Positions 54,182 through 64,000 of a stretch of DNA of 64,000 nucleotides are shown piece by piece (the stretch's first letter is position 1; each line of letters starts with the position of its first letter). Source of the DNA: an uncultured Gemmatimonadaceae bacterium (GTDB lineage Bacteria; Gemmatimonadota; Gemmatimonadetes; Gemmatimonadales; Gemmatimonadaceae). Below the pieces are notes generated by a model that saw only the letters and a list, made by a program, of their open reading frames with translations, was not told where the DNA came from and did not search any database. Location of the stretch: positions 2,464,001-2,528,000 of the forward strand of contig OY970320.1 in the NCBI GenBank assembly GCA_963716745.1. Reading direction: 5' to 3'. Position numbers and translations under genes: made by a program.

Positions 54182-54561
54182 TCGCCGGCGTGGGGCTGGA
54201 TCTCGTGGACATCGCGCGCGTGCAGCGGCTCATCGCGGCGAAGGGCGACCGCGCGCTGCGCCGCCTGTTCACGAAGGGCGAGAGCGATTACGCGGCCACG
54301 CGGCCGCGCCCCTTCCTGCATCTCGCGGCGCGCGTGGCGGCCAAGGAGGCGACGTTCAAGGCGCTGTCGGCCGCCGACGGCGCGCGCGGCATCGGTTGGC
54401 GCGAGATGGAAGTAGTGACCGGCGCCGATGGCCGTCCGGCGCTCGCGCTGCACGGGCGCGCCAAGGCGTGCGCCGCCGCGCTCCACGTGACGCGCCTGCA
54501 TCTCACCCTCTCGCACAGCGAGACCACCGCCGGCGCGGTCGTGATCCTCGAGCGCGAATAG
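54178..54561 (+). CDS. acpS: Holo-ACP synthase
   Basis: GVGLDLVDI, LAARVAAKEATFKAL, GRP and LTLSH motifs. Confidence 0.95.
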   Translation: MIAGVGLDLVDIARVQRLIAAKGDRALRRLFTKGESDYAATRPRPFLHLAARVAAKEATFKALSAADGARGIGWREMEVVTGADGRPALALHGRAKACAAALHVTRLHLTLSHSETTAGAVVILERE

Positions 54562-54564
54562 CCA

Positions 54565-55146
54565 ATGGACATGAACGCGCTGTTCGCGCTGCCGTGGGGG
54601 CCGCTGCTCATCTTCGGCCTGCGCATCTGCGACGTGTCGCTCGACACGCTGCGCGTGCTGTTCGCCGTGCGCGGCGCGCGCTGGGTCGCATCGGCACTCG
54701 GCTTCTTCCAGGCGCTCATCTGGATCTTCGCGGTGGGGAACGCGATGAAGCATCTCGACAGCGCGTGGCACATCCTCGGCTACGCGGGCGGATTCGCCGC
54801 GGGCACGCTCGTCGGCGTGATGATCGAGCAGTATCTGGCGTACGGTTTGGCGAGCGTGCACATCGTGTCGCGCCACGGGGGCGTGGAGATCGCGGAGGCA
54901 ATGCGCGAGCGCGGATTCGGCGTGACCGAGGTGCCGGGCTACGGGCGCGACGGCGGCGTGGAGTTCGTGCAGACCGTGGTGCAGCGGCAGTATCTGGATG
55001 ACATCTCGAAGATCGTGGAGCGGTGGGATCCGGATGCGTTCGTGACCGTGGAGGAGCCGCGGATCCTGCGCGGCGGGAGCATCGTGGGCCGCCGGAAGAT
55101 GAACTTCCCATGGCGCCAGGACCGGGGCGGCCGCGAGGGATCGTAG
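54565..55146 (+). CDS. UPF0316 / DUF2179 membrane protein
   Basis: RICDVSLDTLR, YAGGFAAG, LR..GFGVT...GYGRDG and DPDAF motifs. Confidence 0.85.
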   Translation: MDMNALFALPWGPLLIFGLRICDVSLDTLRVLFAVRGARWVASALGFFQALIWIFAVGNAMKHLDSAWHILGYAGGFAAGTLVGVMIEQYLAYGLASVHIVSRHGGVEIAEAMRERGFGVTEVPGYGRDGGVEFVQTVVQRQYLDDISKIVERWDPDAFVTVEEPRILRGGSIVGRRKMNFPWRQDRGGREGS

Positions 55147-55248
55147 CCGCAACAATCTCTCCCGCTGAAGCGTATCCCGTAGTACTATTCGCGGCGCTCG
55201 CCAATGGTGCGCGCGCCCCACGTGAACCCTGATCTTACGGAGACCCGC

Positions 55249-57540
55249 ATGCATGTTCGATCCGTCCATCTCGTGAGCGCTGCGGCGCTCGCGTTCTTCT
55301 CCCTTGGCGCGGCCCCCCGCGCGGCGCATGCCGCCGCCGTGGGCGACTCGCTGAAGGGCGTCGTGCACGACACCGCCGGCAAGCCGATCGACGCCGCGAC
55401 GGTCACGATCGTTGAGCTCTCGCGCACCGTCGGGAACGGCGCCGATGGCACGTTCGCTTTCCCCGGCATCGCGCCCGGCCGCTATACGCTCAGCGTGCGC
55501 CGCCTCGGCTTCGCGACCACGAGCGCGATCGTGAACGTTCCGATGACCGCACCCGTGGTGATCGAGATGCACGCGTCGGCGCTGCGCCTTGCACCCGTGA
55601 CGGTGACGGCGGCGCGCAAGCCGACCGATCCGATGAATTCTCCGATGCCCGCCGCGGATGTCCCCGCGGATGCGCTGCGTCGCGACGCCTCGGTGTCGCT
55701 CGCGCATGCGCTCGATGGCACCGCGGGCGTGCGCGACATCACGACCGGCCAGCAGGTGGGTACACCGGTCATTCGCGGACTCTCGGGCCCGAGCGTGCTC
55801 GTGCTCGACAACGGGCTGCGCCTCGAGGACTACTCGTGGAGCACCGAGGACGGCCCGTCGGTGGATCCGCGCACCGCGGAGAATGTCGAGGTCATTCGCG
55901 GCCCAGTGAGTCTCATGTACGGCTCGAACGCGCTCGGCGGCGTGATGAACGTGATCAATCCGCCGGTGCCGAACGCGATCGGCATCTCACCGTTCACGCA
56001 CGTGGGCGCGGAGATCTACGGCGCGACGAACAACAATGAGTACGGCGGCATCCTCCATCTCGAAGGCGCCGACGGCGGCTTCGGATGGCTCGCGACCGTG
56101 ATCGGCCGCAAGGCGGGGAATTTCCAGACGCCCGCCGGGAATCCGCAGACCCCCACCGGCGACATCTACGACACCGACTACAACGCGATCAACGGCAACC
56201 TCGCGGTCGGGATCACGAACGAGAAGTCGGCCTACGGCCTGCGCTTCGAGCACTATGGCGGCAACTTCGGATTGCTCGACGGGCCGCCGGTGGAAGAGGA
56301 CAATACGAGCGGCCCGCTCCGCAAGCTGCAGGACAATCGTCTGCAGGCGACGGGCGACTTCATCGCCGGCGATGCGACGCGCATCAATGCCAAGATCCAA
56401 TGGCAGGGTCACTCGCTCATCGAAGTCGTGGGCGACAGCCGCGTGGGCGATGAGCAGCCGCCGCTCGATCTCTACCTCAATACCTTCACGGCGGATGTCG
56501 CGCTGCACCAACAGCAGAGCCCGTTCCTCACGGGCACGATCGGCGTCTCCGGCATGTACCAGACGAACAGCACCAGCGGCACGGATCCGCTCATCCCGGA
56601 CGCGACGACGTACAACGCCGCGCTCTTCGCCTTCGAGAATTTCACGAAGGGGCAGTGGAGCTTCCTTGCCGGCCTCCGCGGCGACCTCGGCCAGGTGCAC
56701 GCGCAGGCGAACGAGGATCTGGCGCTCAATGCGCAGTCGCACCAGCAGAACGCGGTGACCGGCGACGCCGGCATCGTGTACCGGCCGAGGCCGCAGCTGG
56801 CGTTCTCGTTCAATGTCGGGCGCGCGTACCAGGCGCCGACGTATCTCCAGTATTTCGCGAACGGTCCGCTGCCGGCCGAGGGACAGTACCTCATCGGCTT
56901 GCCGACCGCGGTGCCGGAGGTCAGTCTCGATCTCGATGCCGGCGTCCGCTGGGAGAGTCCGAAGTTCAAGGCCGAGCTGTCGGTGTATCGCAATTCGGTG
57001 GATCACTATCTCTATATCCAGGCGACGGGCGACAGCATCGCGGTGCCGAACGACGAGGGCTGCTGCGACACGCTGCCGATCTATCAGACGAAGCAGACCT
57101 CGCACGCGACGCTCACCGGACTGGATCTCAGTGCCGAATGGGCGGCGATGCCGATCCTGACCTTCCGCGGCCGTTTCGATCTCGTGAACGGCACGAATGA
57201 CGCGACCAATTCGCCGCTCCCGCTCATGCCGCCGCAGCGCGGTGATCTCGAAGTGGAGCTGCACACGCCGGACACTCGCATGATGTACGTGTCATTCGGC
57301 ACGCACATCGTGGCCGCGCAAACGCGGCTGGCGGCGTACGATGTGCCCGAACCGGCCTATACGATCTTCGAAGCCGGCGCCGGTATCTCGCGCAAGCTGG
57401 GGAGCCGGTTGTATACGCTTGATATCCGCTGCACGAATCTGACGGATGTGACGTATACGGACTATCTGTCGAGATATAAGACGTTCGCGTATGCGCCGAG
57501 TCGGAATGTTATCTTCCGCCTTTCCATGCCGATCAACTGA
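55249..57540 (+). CDS. TonB-dependent receptor with N-terminal carboxypeptidase-regulatory-like domain
   Basis: Signal peptide, PVTVTA TonB box, PVIRG, EVIRGP.SLMYGSNALGGVMN and C-terminal NLTD..Y...LSR...RN. Confidence 0.92.
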   Translation: MHVRSVHLVSAAALAFFSLGAAPRAAHAAAVGDSLKGVVHDTAGKPIDAATVTIVELSRTVGNGADGTFAFPGIAPGRYTLSVRRLGFATTSAIVNVPMTAPVVIEMHASALRLAPVTVTAARKPTDPMNSPMPAADVPADALRRDASVSLAHALDGTAGVRDITTGQQVGTPVIRGLSGPSVLVLDNGLRLEDYSWSTEDGPSVDPRTAENVEVIRGPVSLMYGSNALGGVMNVINPPVPNAIGISPFTHVGAEIYGATNNNEYGGILHLEGADGGFGWLATVIGRKAGNFQTPAGNPQTPTGDIYDTDYNAINGNLAVGITNEKSAYGLRFEHYGGNFGLLDGPPVEEDNTSGPLRKLQDNRLQATGDFIAGDATRINAKIQWQGHSLIEVVGDSRVGDEQPPLDLYLNTFTADVALHQQQSPFLTGTIGVSGMYQTNSTSGTDPLIPDATTYNAALFAFENFTKGQWSFLAGLRGDLGQVHAQANEDLALNAQSHQQNAVTGDAGIVYRPRPQLAFSFNVGRAYQAPTYLQYFANGPLPAEGQYLIGLPTAVPEVSLDLDAGVRWESPKFKAELSVYRNSVDHYLYIQATGDSIAVPNDEGCCDTLPIYQTKQTSHATLTGLDLSAEWAAMPILTFRGRFDLVNGTNDATNSPLPLMPPQRGDLEVELHTPDTRMMYVSFGTHIVAAQTRLAAYDVPEPAYTIFEAGAGISRKLGSRLYTLDIRCTNLTDVTYTDYLSRYKTFAYAPSRNVIFRLSMPIN

Positions 57541-57574
57541 GTGCGAACGACTGATCATCACATGCGCATTCAAT

Positions 57575-57758
57575 GTTGCAGAAAACAGTAAACAGTCACG
57601 AGTGACTGCCAGTCAACAGCTCACAGTCAACAGGTCACAGAAAACGGATCACGATCGTGCGCGAATCACTGCGCCGAATCGTGATCCGTTTTCTGTGACC
57701 TGTGAGCTGTTGACTGTCGACTGGCGGTCACTCGTGACTGTTTACTGTTGACTGCAAC
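57575..57758. repeat. Hairpin with 81-bp arms built of ACAGNNN heptamers
   Basis: Arms 57575-57655 and 57678-57758, between the convergent receptor and monooxygenase genes. Confidence 0.92.
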
Positions 57759-57775
57759 CCTCCCTGTCTGGTAGC

Positions 57776-59053
57776 CTACGCCGTTCGCTTGAGCAGTTTG
57801 TCGAGGAAATGCACATACTCGTCGAACTGCACATACGTAGAATGCCGATCGGTCTTCATATACCTCACCCCGCCCCGTAAATCCGGCGACTCCCCCCGCC
57901 GCATCGCGTCGAGTTTCGCGAACTTCTCTGGCGCCGAGGTCTTGAACGCAAGATATCGCGCGACCAACTCCGCCTGGCGGGAGACCACTGGATATGCTGC
58001 GCCATCCGTCTCGAACAGGCCGATCACGAACAGCCCGTCATAGTTCCTCGCGAACACATTGATCCACAGCCCCGCGGTGCCGCCCAACGTCACGCCGCCG
58101 GCGTCGAGGAACGGCATCGCGCTCGTATAGCCCGTGGCGTAGACGATCATATCGATCGCCTCCTCGCTCCCGTCGGTGAATCGCACGCGCCGGCCCTTTA
58201 ATTCCGCGATATCGGGCTTCACCGTCACATCGCCGTGCTGCAGCGCGTGCACGAGCTGACTGCTCACGATCGGGTGCGTCTCGAGCACCTTGTGATCCGG
58301 CTTCGGGACGCCGAATCGCGTCATGTCGCCCACCAGCATGCGCAGCAGCAGCGTGAGCGCGGGCTGCGCGATGCGCGGCGGGATGTGCGGGCCGCTGCGG
58401 AAGAACGCGTCGGTCGGCTGGCCGAAGATGTGCTTCGGCAGGAAATAATATCCGCGCCGCATTGAAAGGAACGCCGCGCTCCCGCGCGCCGCGGCGTCGC
58501 ACACGATGTCGCAGCCGGAATTCCCCGCGCCGACCACGAGCACGCGCTTGCCCTCGAATTGCGACGCGCGGTGATAGTCCCGCGAATGGATCATCTCGCC
58601 ATCGAAGTGCCCGGCGTACGCGGGCATTACCGGATCCCAATTGTGCCCCGGCGCGGCGATGAGCGCGGCATAGTCGCGGGTCGCGCCGCCGCGCAGCGTC
58701 ACCCGCCATCCGCCGTCCCGCGGCTCCGCGCGCTCCACGACGCTGCCGAACCGAATGTTCCCGCGCAGCGCATGATGCTCCGCGTACGCGCGGATGTACG
58801 CGAGGATCTTCTCACGCAATGGATAGTCCGCATACTCCGCCGGCATTGGGAATCCCTCGAACGCCGATTGCGTGCGCGAACTGATGAAGTGCGCGCTCTC
58901 GTACATCGGCGTGCCGGCGTTCTCCATGTCCCAAATGCCGCCCACGTCCCGATGCCGCTCGAGCACATCGAACGCGATCCCGTGCGCCTTGAGCGCCGCC
59001 GCGGCCGCGAGCCCCGACGGGCCGGCGCCGATCACACCGACGGTCGCGCTCAC
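57776..59053 (-). CDS. Flavin-containing monooxygenase (class B)
   Basis: GAGPSG, GGIW, FDGEMIHSRDY (FxGxxxHxxxY), GAGNSG and ATGY motifs. GTG start. Confidence 0.92.
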   Translation of the reverse strand: MSATVGVIGAGPSGLAAAAALKAHGIAFDVLERHRDVGGIWDMENAGTPMYESAHFISSRTQSAFEGFPMPAEYADYPLREKILAYIRAYAEHHALRGNIRFGSVVERAEPRDGGWRVTLRGGATRDYAALIAAPGHNWDPVMPAYAGHFDGEMIHSRDYHRASQFEGKRVLVVGAGNSGCDIVCDAAARGSAAFLSMRRGYYFLPKHIFGQPTDAFFRSGPHIPPRIAQPALTLLLRMLVGDMTRFGVPKPDHKVLETHPIVSSQLVHALQHGDVTVKPDIAELKGRRVRFTDGSEEAIDMIVYATGYTSAMPFLDAGGVTLGGTAGLWINVFARNYDGLFVIGLFETDGAAYPVVSRQAELVARYLAFKTSAPEKFAKLDAMRRGESPDLRGGVRYMKTDRHSTYVQFDEYVHFLDKLLKRTA

Positions 59054-60397
59054 TGCAGGCCGATCGCGATCGCGATGTAGATCGCCACCAGCGCGCCGGC
59101 CGACGAGGATCGCCACCAGCGGCAGCGCGAAGCGCATCCACTTGTCGAACGGCACCCCCGCCGCGGCGATCACCGCCATCAACGCGCCATTCGTGGGCGT
59201 GAGCAGCTCGCACATCCCCGCGCCCGTCTGGTACGCGAGTACGGTCACCTGCCGCGACAGGCCGAGCAGATCCGACAGCGGCACCAGCACCGGCATGGTC
59301 AGCGCCGCCTGTCCGCTCACGCTCGGCACCGCCACGTGGATCAATCCCTGCACGGCCACCATGCCGGTGGCGCTCGCCGCAATGGGGAGATGCGCGAGCG
59401 GCGTGAACAGCCCGTGCACGATCGTGTCCATCACGTGCCCTTGCTCGAGCACGACACTGATGACACGCGCGAAGCCGATCAGCATGCTCGCGTATGCCAT
59501 CGACCGGAATCCTTCCGCGAACCCCTCGGCCGTGCCGCCGGCGCCGAGTCCGCCCACCAAGCCGCCGGCGATGCCGAGCCCGAGGAAGAGCGCGCCCATC
59601 TCCTCGAAGCCCCAATTCCCGAGCGTGACGCCCCAGACGAACACGCCGAGCAGAACGACCGTGAGCACCATCACCGCGCGCGTGCGCGCCGGCGACGTGC
59701 CGGAGGGCGGCGGATCGGCCATTTCCACACGCGCGCCGCGCGTGCGCACCGCGTGCCGCATCGTGGCCGTGATCCAGAGCGCCATCGCGAGGACGAGCAT
59801 CACGAAGCGGAATCCGCTGGCGGAGCCCACCGGCAATCCAGCGAGCTTCTGCGCGATCACCGCCTGAAAGGGATTGATCGGGCTGAAGGCCGAACCCACC
59901 ATCGCGGCGCCGACGCTCATCGCCGCCGCGGTGAGCGCATCGAAGCCCGCGCGCCGCGTCACGAACAGGAGAATGGGAATGAGCGCGATGATCTCCTCCT
60001 GCATGTTCTCCACCGCGCCGAGGAATCCGAACACGACGCAGAACACCGGGATCGCGAGCGTCTCGCGCGGCCCGAGCACGCTCGCGAGTCCGTCCACCGC
60101 GCTGCGCAGCGCGCCGGTGCGGTCGAGCACGAGCAGCGCGCCGCCGGCGAGGAAGACGAAGAAGATCACATCCGCTCCCGCCTCGATCCCTTTGGGCACC
60201 GCCACGAGCGCGCCCAGCGCGCTCACCGGCGCGGCGGCCACCGCGTGATACGTGCCGTTCACGACCACGGTCTTGCCGCTCGCGGGATCGTCGCGCCGTT
60301 CGTACGCGCCGGCCGGAAGGATCCACGTGAGCCCCGCCGCGAGGAAGATGCCGACGGTGAGCAGCACGAGCGGATGGGGCATCGTGAACTTTTTCAT
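59050..60397 (-). CDS. YfcC/DcuC-like transporter; frameshift near 59097
   Basis: MPHP, TWILPAGAYER, NPF..IAQ, PSVSGQA.LTMP and VLAYQ motifs. The true end LVAIYIAIAIGLQ* is in another frame. Confidence 0.88.
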
Positions 60398-60430
60398 AGC
60401 GCAGAATGTGCCCGCGGTGCCGCGGTCACG

Positions 60431-61129
60431 CTATCCCCCGGCGCGCCCCATTCCGAACCGTGTGAAGATCCGCTCGGCAGTCAGCGGCCCGCCGTGCCCC
60501 ACGTAGAGCGTGCGCGCGCCCGCCGCGAGCACGGCGCGCAGCGAGCGCTTGGCGTCGACATCGTCGTCCTGGAAATACGCAACGTTCGGCACGCTCCGGC
60601 GCACGAGTCCGCCGAGGAATCCGCCCATGAGCAGATCGCCCACTACCGCCTCGCCGCTCGGCAAGATGAGCGAGATCGAGCCGGCCGTGTGGCCCGGCGT
60701 CTCCATCACGCGCGCATCGAGTCCGAATTCCTGCAGAGAGCGCGGACCGTCGAGGACGAGATCGGGATGCGCGGGCTCGCCACGCGTGGCCTGCACGATG
60801 GGCGCAGCGAGCCGGGCGATGAATCCCGTGGGGCGGAGCGGGGCATTCTGTCCGAGCCGGAGCATCTCCGCGTCCGCCGCGTGGATCGCGATCGGCGCTC
60901 CCGTGCGGCGGCGGATCTCCGCGGCGGCGCCAGTGACGGGCAGGTGGCCGTGCGTGAGCAGGATGAGCGCGAGCGTATGCGGCTCGACCCCTTTGCCGCG
61001 GATCGCCGAGAGGATGCGGTCGGCGTCGCCCTGAGCGCCGGCGTCCACGAGGATCGGCCGCTCGCCCCGAATGAGATACGCGTTCGAGAGAGCGAGCCGG
61101 AGCGTGTGAACGCTGGCGTGGTCGGGCAT
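60431..61129 (-). CDS. Metallo-beta-lactamase-fold hydrolase
   Basis: NAYLI, LVDAG, THGH, TPGHT.GS, GD and GHG motifs; the DH of HxHxDH reads PV. Confidence 0.85.
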   Translation of the reverse strand: MPDHASVHTLRLALSNAYLIRGERPILVDAGAQGDADRILSAIRGKGVEPHTLALILLTHGHLPVTGAAAEIRRRTGAPIAIHAADAEMLRLGQNAPLRPTGFIARLAAPIVQATRGEPAHPDLVLDGPRSLQEFGLDARVMETPGHTAGSISLILPSGEAVVGDLLMGGFLGGLVRRSVPNVAYFQDDDVDAKRSLRAVLAAGARTLYVGHGGPLTAERIFTRFGMGRAGG

Positions 61130-61152
61130 TCTCTGGATACGTTGCCGAACTG

Positions 61153-61192
61153 CAGACTTAGACGCTAGACTGAGACGTTAGAAGGCAACTGC
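61153..61192. repeat. TTAGAC-unit repeat, copy 2
   Basis: cagacttagacgctagactgagacgttagaaggcaactgc. Confidence 0.8.
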
Positions 61193-61205
61193 ACAGGAGC
61201 GGCTC

Positions 61206-61592
61206 ATGGCGAACTCCATCAAGCAAAAAGTCATTCTCAAAGCACGGCCGGCGGTGGTGTACCGGATGCTCACGAATGCGCGCGCGCACGCGAAGTTCAC
61301 AGGTGCGCCGGCGAAGATCGAGGCGCGCGCGGGCGGCGCATTCAATGTGTGGGGCGGGTACGTGCTCGGGTTCAACATCGAGCTCGTGAAGAACAAGCGG
61401 ATCGTCCAGGCGTGGCGCGGCTCGGACTGGCCGAAGGGTGTGTGGTCGGTGGTGACGTACGAGCTGCGGCCGAAGGCGGGCGGTAAGACGGAGATCATCT
61501 TCTCGCAGCACGGTGCGCCGGCGTCGCAGGTGCCGCATCTGCGGAAAGGCTGGAAGTCGAGCTACTGGGATCTCATGAAGGCCGCGATCTAG
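61206..61592 (+). CDS. SRPBCC/AHSA1-like protein
   Basis: RBS AGGAG; GGAF..WGG..G...EL..NKRIVQAWR..DW and GW...YW motifs. Confidence 0.88.
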   Translation: MANSIKQKVILKARPAVVYRMLTNARAHAKFTGAPAKIEARAGGAFNVWGGYVLGFNIELVKNKRIVQAWRGSDWPKGVWSVVTYELRPKAGGKTEIIFSQHGAPASQVPHLRKGWKSSYWDLMKAAI

Positions 61593-62127
61593 CGCGCCAT
61601 TCGTGGGCGGCGATCGCGCGGAGCATGGCCTCTTCTGCGCGATCGCCTTTGGAGACGGTCACGGGCTCGACGTCGCGCATCCCGATCTTCTCGAGCACGC
61701 GACCGGAGGCTGGATTGCGAATGAAATAGCGTGCGGTGAGGCGTTCGAGCGACCACGCATCGCTGAAGGCGTGTGCGACCATGGCCCCCGCCGCTTCCGT
61801 CGCATAGCCACGCCCCCAGTGCGGCACGCCCACCCAATAGCCGAGTTCCCCCTCTCGACCGCCCTCGGCGATCTCAATGCCGATCGCGCCGACGAGCGCG
61901 CCGCTCCGCCGCTCCGTGATCGCGAACACCGTCGCGACGCGTGCGTCGACGAGCGCCAGGTGCATCGCGATCCACGCGCCGCCGCCACCGGCGGGATAGG
62001 GATGCGGGATGCGCAGCGTCGTGTCGGCGACCTCCCACGCGCTGGCCAGCCTCTCGACGTCTGCGGCATCGTTCGGCGCGAATCTGCGAAGCAGGAGCCT
62101 CTCTGTTGTCAGCAGTGTGTCTAGCAT
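61573..62127 (-). CDS. GNAT N-acetyltransferase (RimJ/RimL type)
   Basis: TERLLLR, IPHPY, ELGYW, WGRGYATEA and NPAS.RVLEKIG motifs. Confidence 0.9.
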   Translation of the reverse strand: MLDTLLTTERLLLRRFAPNDAADVERLASAWEVADTTLRIPHPYPAGGGGAWIAMHLALVDARVATVFAITERRSGALVGAIGIEIAEGGREGELGYWVGVPHWGRGYATEAAGAMVAHAFSDAWSLERLTARYFIRNPASGRVLEKIGMRDVEPVTVSKGDRAEEAMLRAIAAHEWRARSRPS

Positions 62128-62152
62128 GGAACAATGATACGCCGAGGCAGGC

Positions 62153-62173
62153 AACAGCCGACAGCCGACAGCC
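62153..62173. repeat. Short GACAGCC heptamer run
   Basis: aacagcc-gacagcc-gacagcc in a divergent intergenic region. Confidence 0.55.
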
Positions 62174-62213
62174 CACCCTTCCGCACTCTTGCCTGCGCCC
62201 CTAGTTCTCCCCG

Positions 62214-63601
62214 ATGCAATCCGACATCGCCGAGGTCCAACAGCATTCCACCGCCCTCCGAAAGGAGGTCGGCCTCTCGGCGCTCGTGCTCACGCAGATC
62301 ATGTACGTCGTGGGCACCGGTTGGGTGGGCACCGCGGCGAAACTCGGCCATGGGCACACGATCTTCTGGCTGCTGGCGATCGCGCTCTTCTTCCTGCCGC
62401 AGGCGGCGGTCGTCATCTGGCTGAACCGGTTGATGCCGCTGGAAGGTGGCCTCTACCAGTGGGCCAAACTCGGCTTCAACGATCTCACCGGATTCCTCAC
62501 GGCGTGGAATCTCTGGGTCTACGCGATTCTCATCCTCTCGGCGTTCGGACTGATCGTCGCGCGCAATCTCGCGCCGTTGCTCGATGCGCCGCCGTTCACC
62601 GACACGCGCGCGTATGCGGCGCTCGTGACCGTCGCGCTGATCGTTGGTGTCGCGGCTCATCACCGTGCTCGGGCCTGCGCGTGGGGAAATGGGTGCAGGG
62701 GATCGGCGGCATTGCGCAGCTCGCGGCGTTCGCGGCGCTGATCGCTGCGCCCGCGATCGCGCTCCACCGCGGCGTCGCGATCGATGCGCACCCGGTGGAA
62801 TTCGTGCTGCCCGCGATGTCGCTGCTCTCGCTGAACATCTTCGGCAAGATGGCGATGGGCGCGTTCAGCGGATTGGAATACGTCGCGCTCATGGCCGGCG
62901 AGACCAAGGATCCCGCGCGCTCCATCGCGCGCTCGGTGATGATCTCGACGCCGATCATCGGCGCGATGTTCATCTTCGGCACCGCGAGCGTGGTCGCGCT
63001 CGTGCCGAAGAGCTCGATCGACCTCATCGCGCCGGTGCCGCAAGCATTGCTGCTCGGCTGGACGAGCACCGGCGCCGGCGGCGTGGTGGTGATGATGGTG
63101 ACCGTGATGCTCGTGATCCGCCTGCTCGCGAATACGAGCTTCGTGTTCGCGGGGAATTCGCGCCTCCCGATGGTGGCGGGGTGGGATGGTCTCCTCCCCG
63201 CGTGGTTCACGCGCTTGCACCCGCGCTGGCGCACGCCGCGCAACGCGATCCTCTTCGTGGCGGGCGTGGTGCTCGTGTTCTCGGGGCTCGGGCTCGTGGA
63301 CGCAGGGCAGCAGGAGGCCTTCCAATTGCTCGACAGCGCGGGCGGCATCCTGTACGCCGTGAGTTATCTCGTGATGTTCGCGCTCCCGCTCATCGCGCCG
63401 GCGCGGCTCGGCGCGCGTCCGCCCATGTGGCTGCGCGCCGCATCGTTGTCGGGATTCGTCGTGACCGCGGTGTACTGCGTGATGAACGTGTTTCCGATCA
63501 TCGACGTGCCGAATCCGTTCGGCTTCACGGTGAAGATCGTATCGGTGATCGTGCTCGCGAACTTGGTGGGAATGGCGCTGTTCTTCAGTTCACGGCGCTA
63601 G
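62214..63601 (+). CDS. APC-family amino acid permease; frameshift near 62650
   Basis: PLEGGLYQW, AFSGLE, GETKDP, SRLPMVAGWD and LHPRWRTP motifs. Confidence 0.88.
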
Positions 63602-64000
63602 GGATTCGGAATGAACGCCCACTTGGCCTGCACGCTCGCGGAGATGGAGATGTCGCCGGCGACGATCGGGGTCTCGGGCTGCGGGCCGGCGAAGGACGCG
63701 CGCATCATCGGGCGCGGCCCCTGAGCCTCCTCGTTCGTGGCCACGAAGATGAGCGGTCCCAGCGTTCCGCCCATCGCTTTCGCGAGCACCATCGCGTCCG
63801 ACTTGGCCTGCGCCGCCGCATCGGCGAGCGCCGCGCGGCGCGCATCGGCGGTGTTGGAGGCATCGAACGTGAGATCGCTCACGTTCGTCGCGCCCTTCGC
63901 GAGCGCCGCATCGATCACCGCGCCCACGCGGTCGAGCTGCGTGAGCCGCACGGTGATGGCGTTGTTCGCGAGGAATCCGTTCCGCTCCGCGACACCCTTC
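63598..64000 (-). CDS. SIMPL/DUF541 protein, C-terminal part (5' end outside the window)
   Basis: IDAAL..GA..V..L.F...ARRAAL..A...AK..A..LA.A.G..LG and PI..G...ISASV patterns. Confidence 0.85.
   Translation of the reverse strand, partial: KGVAERNGFLANNAITVRLTQLDRVGAVIDAALAKGATNVSDLTFDASNTADARRAALADAAAQAKSDAMVLAKAMGGTLGPLIFVATNEEAQGPRPMMRASFAGPQPETPIVAGDISISASVQAKWAFIPNP

Noticed and set aside
53398..54561. 387-aa AcpS fusion
   Set aside because: The middle part is off-frame Arg-rich sequence. acpS has its own ATG at 54178.
55147..55248. Cobalamin riboswitch before the TonB receptor
   Set aside because: The leader is only about 100 bp and has no recognisable B12 box.
57776..60397. 873-aa transporter-monooxygenase fusion
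   Set aside because: The transporter's hydrophobic C-terminus and TGA lie in another frame overlapping the FMO GTG. One indel explains the fusion.

Overview
A GC-rich, densely coding bacterial chromosome segment with about 50 protein genes. Gene content and repeat style suggest Gemmatimonadota, but that is an inference. I found no rRNA, tRNA, CRISPR array, phage or transposase. The main blocks are: peptide scavenging genes (amidohydrolase, OPT, M61, M24, S9, M48, S58); a metH-yitJ operon behind a SAM-II-type riboswitch with a terminator; an AAA+/vWA pair; a Mo oxidoreductase divergent from a Met-rich small lipoprotein; glcDEF-ygfZ; a sigma-70 factor; a Ser/Thr kinase-pduO-aroB operon; FNR-GGDEF-TamA-TamB-hybrid kinase; acpS; a TonB receptor; and transporters. 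Roughly 20 small frameshifts in otherwise intact genes look like long-read errors, and some create false fusions. The most striking unexplained signal is a pervasive set of palindromes and tandem runs built from 7-bp units. Stop-free versions sit in-frame in linkers of MetH, YitJ and GlcF, while stop-containing versions are only intergenic. Other highlights are an 8-Cys microprotein hidden by a frameshift and a 2-TM channel with a TVGSP filter.
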